Assembly: GCA_001443495.1 (NCBI GenBank)
Contig: LDXR01000006.1
Coordinates: 11,059-75,058, forward strand
Length of the DNA stretch: 64,000 nucleotides
Reading direction: 5' to 3'
From: a candidate division NC10 bacterium CSP1-5
Lineage (GTDB): Bacteria; Methylomirabilota; Methylomirabilia; Methylomirabilales; CSP1-5
Within the stretch, counting starts at the first letter, position 1. Each line of letters begins with the position of its first letter. Below are positions 62,141 through 64,000 of this stretch, in pieces. Made by a program: the position numbers and the translations under genes. The notes under the pieces are model-generated. The model was not told where the DNA came from, did no database searches, and worked only from the letters and a program-made list of their open reading frames with translations.

Positions 62141-62196
62141 GAGTAGGGCCACCCATTCCCGCCCGGTTGGGGCTGGATGCCTGCCGTGAGAGTCCC

Positions 62197-63732
62197 ATGT
62201 TAGCCAAGGTCCTCAGTGGCGCGGTCCTCGGGGTCGATGCCTACGTGGTCGAGGTCGAGGTGGACATCGCCCTGGGCCTCCCCTCCTTCAACACCGTGGG
62301 CCTCCCTGACGTGGCCGTCAAGGAGAGCCGCGACCGGGTCAAGGCCGCCATCAAGAACTGCGGCTTTGACTTCCCCCCGCGGCGGATCACCGTCAATCTT
62401 GCCCCCGCCGACATCAAGAAGGAGGGCGCCGCCTTTGATCTGCCGATGGCCATCGGGGTGTTGGCGGCACAGGGGGTGGTGAAGCCGGACCGGCTGTCGG
62501 AGGTCCTGGTCCTTGGCGAGCTGGCGCTGGACGGGCTCGTCCGCCCCATTCGGGGAGCCCTGCCGATGGCCGTGGCCGCAGCCGAGGTGGGTCTCCAGGG
62601 CATCGTGCTTCCGGTCGACAACGCCCCGGAGGCCGCCGTCGTCAAGGGGATCAAGGTTTACGGGGTGCAGAGCCTCGCCCAGACGGTCGAGATCTTGAAC
62701 GGCGAGGTCACCCTCGAGCCCACCAGCATCGATCTCGAGGCGGCGTTTGCTGAGTCCTCCCAGTATGCGGTCGACTTTACCGATGTCAGGGGACAAGAGC
62801 ATGCCAAACGGGGCCTCGAGGTGGCCGCGGCGGGAGGTCACAACATCCTGCTCATCGGTCCCCCGGGGTCGGGGAAGACGATGCTGGCCAAGCGCCTGCC
62901 GACCATTCTCCCACCCCTCGGCCTGGAGGAGGCGATCCAGACCACCAAAATCCACAGTGTCTCCGGACTCCTCCCACCCCGCGCTCCCCTCATTGCCATC
63001 CGACCCTTCCGGGCCCCTCACCACACCATCTCGGATGCCGGGCTGATCGGCGGTGGCAACATCCCCCGTCCGGGTGAGGTGAGCCTGGCCCATCACGGGG
63101 TCCTCTTTCTGGACGAACTCCCGGAGTTCAAGCGGCACGTCCTCGAGGTGCTTCGACAGCCGCTCGAGGACGGCCAGGTCACCATCGCTCGGGCCGCCAC
63201 GTCCCTCACCTATGCGGCGTCATTCATGCTGGCGGCGGCTATGAACCCATGTCCGTGCGGATACCTGACCGATCCCCAACGGGAGTGCGGTTGCACCCAC
63301 GGAGAGATCCAGCGCTATCTCAGCCGGATCTCCGGGCCCCTCCTCGACCGCATCGATATCCACATCGAGGTGCCACCGCTCAGGTATCGGGACATGACGG
63401 CAGAGACGGCGGGCGAGCCCTCACCCGTGATTCGGGAGCGGGTGCGACGGGCCCGGGCGATCCAGGCCGAGCGCTTCAAGAAGAGCAAGATCTTTTACAA
63501 TGCGGCGATGAGCCCCAAACAGATCCGCCGCTATTGTCAGACGGCCGGGGAGGGGCAGCGCCTCCTGGAGACCGCGATGGAGCGGCTGGGGCTCAGCGCC
63601 CGCGCGTACGATCGCATCTTGAAGGTCGCCCGCACGATCGCCGATCTCACCCCAGAGGAGACCATTCGCCCCGAGCACATTGCCGAGGCCATTCAGTACC
63701 GGAGTCTGGATCGCGGAATTCGGAGGGCTTGA
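62197..63732 (+). CDS. comM: Mg-chelatase-like AAA+ ATPase YifB/ComM
   Basis: Lon-like N-domain ([21 protein letters not shown]), Walker [19 protein letters not shown]-terminal [17 protein letters not shown]. Confidence 0.93.
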   Translation: MLAKVLSGAVLGVDAYVVEVEVDIALGLPSFNTVGLPDVAVKESRDRVKAAIKNCGFDFPPRRITVNLAPADIKKEGAAFDLPMAIGVLAAQGVVKPDRLSEVLVLGELALDGLVRPIRGALPMAVAAAEVGLQGIVLPVDNAPEAAVVKGIKVYGVQSLAQTVEILNGEVTLEPTSIDLEAAFAESSQYAVDFTDVRGQEHAKRGLEVAAAGGHNILLIGPPGSGKTMLAKRLPTILPPLGLEEAIQTTKIHSVSGLLPPRAPLIAIRPFRAPHHTISDAGLIGGGNIPRPGEVSLAHHGVLFLDELPEFKRHVLEVLRQPLEDGQVTIARAATSLTYAASFMLAAAMNPCPCGYLTDPQRECGCTHGEIQRYLSRISGPLLDRIDIHIEVPPLRYRDMTAETAGEPSPVIRERVRRARAIQAERFKKSKIFYNAAMSPKQIRRYCQTAGEGQRLLETAMERLGLSARAYDRILKVARTIADLTPEETIRPEHIAEAIQYRSLDRGIRRA

Positions 63733-63735
63733 GGT

Positions 63736-63927
63736 ATGAGCGCCGTTCCACCCAAGTGTCTTCACTGCAAGCGGGATCTCCGTTACGATCTGGCCCACCT
63801 GCGATACCGCTGTCCCGCGTGCGACGCAAGCGACGCCCCGGCGGATATCTGGCGGACCGGGGGAAAGGCCTTGGGACGCCAAGTCGCCCGCCTCCTGCAC
63901 CAGGTCGAGCAGTGGCTTGGGAAATGA
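63736..63927 (+). CDS. Small zinc-ribbon protein (63 aa), hypothetical
   Basis: CLHC...CPAC pair; starts 3 nt after the comM stop. Confidence 0.4.
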   Translation: MSAVPPKCLHCKRDLRYDLAHLRYRCPACDASDAPADIWRTGGKALGRQVARLLHQVEQWLGK

Positions 63928-64000
63928 GGGTTCGGCTCGGCCTGCTCCCGCTCGGCATTGCCATCAGCCTCCTCGGCCTCGGGGCCTGTGGGACAGGCGA
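63924..64000 (+). CDS. Putative lipoprotein, N-terminal fragment (continues past window)
   Basis: MRVRLGLLPLGIAISLLGLGACGTG, a signal peptide with lipobox LGAC; ATGA overlap with the preceding ORF. Confidence 0.5.
   Translation, partial: MRVRLGLLPLGIAISLLGLGACGTG

Overview
64-kb window from a high-GC, diderm-type bacterium (LpxC, LolA, an RND efflux pump and an exosortase are present). The lineage cannot be named from sequence alone. The window is mostly plus-strand, tightly packed core genes. In order: dnaJ (3' part)-rsmE-standalone 5'-3' exonuclease-coaE; rho; rpmE-prfA-prmC-murA running straight into a hisG-D-B-H-A-F-IE operon; an expanded macromolecular-synthesis operon rpsU-yqeY-mutS2-dnaG-rpoD; one tRNA(CAU); a zinc-ribbon protein (COG1579-like)-RNase H-DciA trio; lpxC; an ntrY/ntrX-like two-component pair; cspA divergent from galU-lon; rnj-ftsK-lolA; a GAF-GGDEF cyclase; pgpA-cinA-thpR-glycerate kinase; ffh-rpsP-KH-rimM-trmD-rplS-rnhB-yraN; and tetR-MFP-RND. 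The only clearly accessory stretch is about 57-62 kb. It holds an AT-rich metF, a PilZ gene with a sigma54-type promoter architecture, a mini-exosortase with an S8 protease carrying a PEP-CTERM-like tail, a divergent standalone tandem protease-prodomain protein, and a hydrolase remnant. Three signals deserve a second look. (1) A dispersed family of heptad-periodic hairpin elements (tandem GGTTCAN units facing tandem NTGAACC units) punctuates the his operon, brackets the tRNA, and is read through in frame inside hisF. (2) Two 140-nt, about 90% identical, AT-rich structured elements begin on the TAA stop codons of two genes and flank cspA-galU-lon. (3) The three-gene protease, exosortase and prodomain module. 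All calls rest on reading the sequence and motif recognition; no database search was possible.
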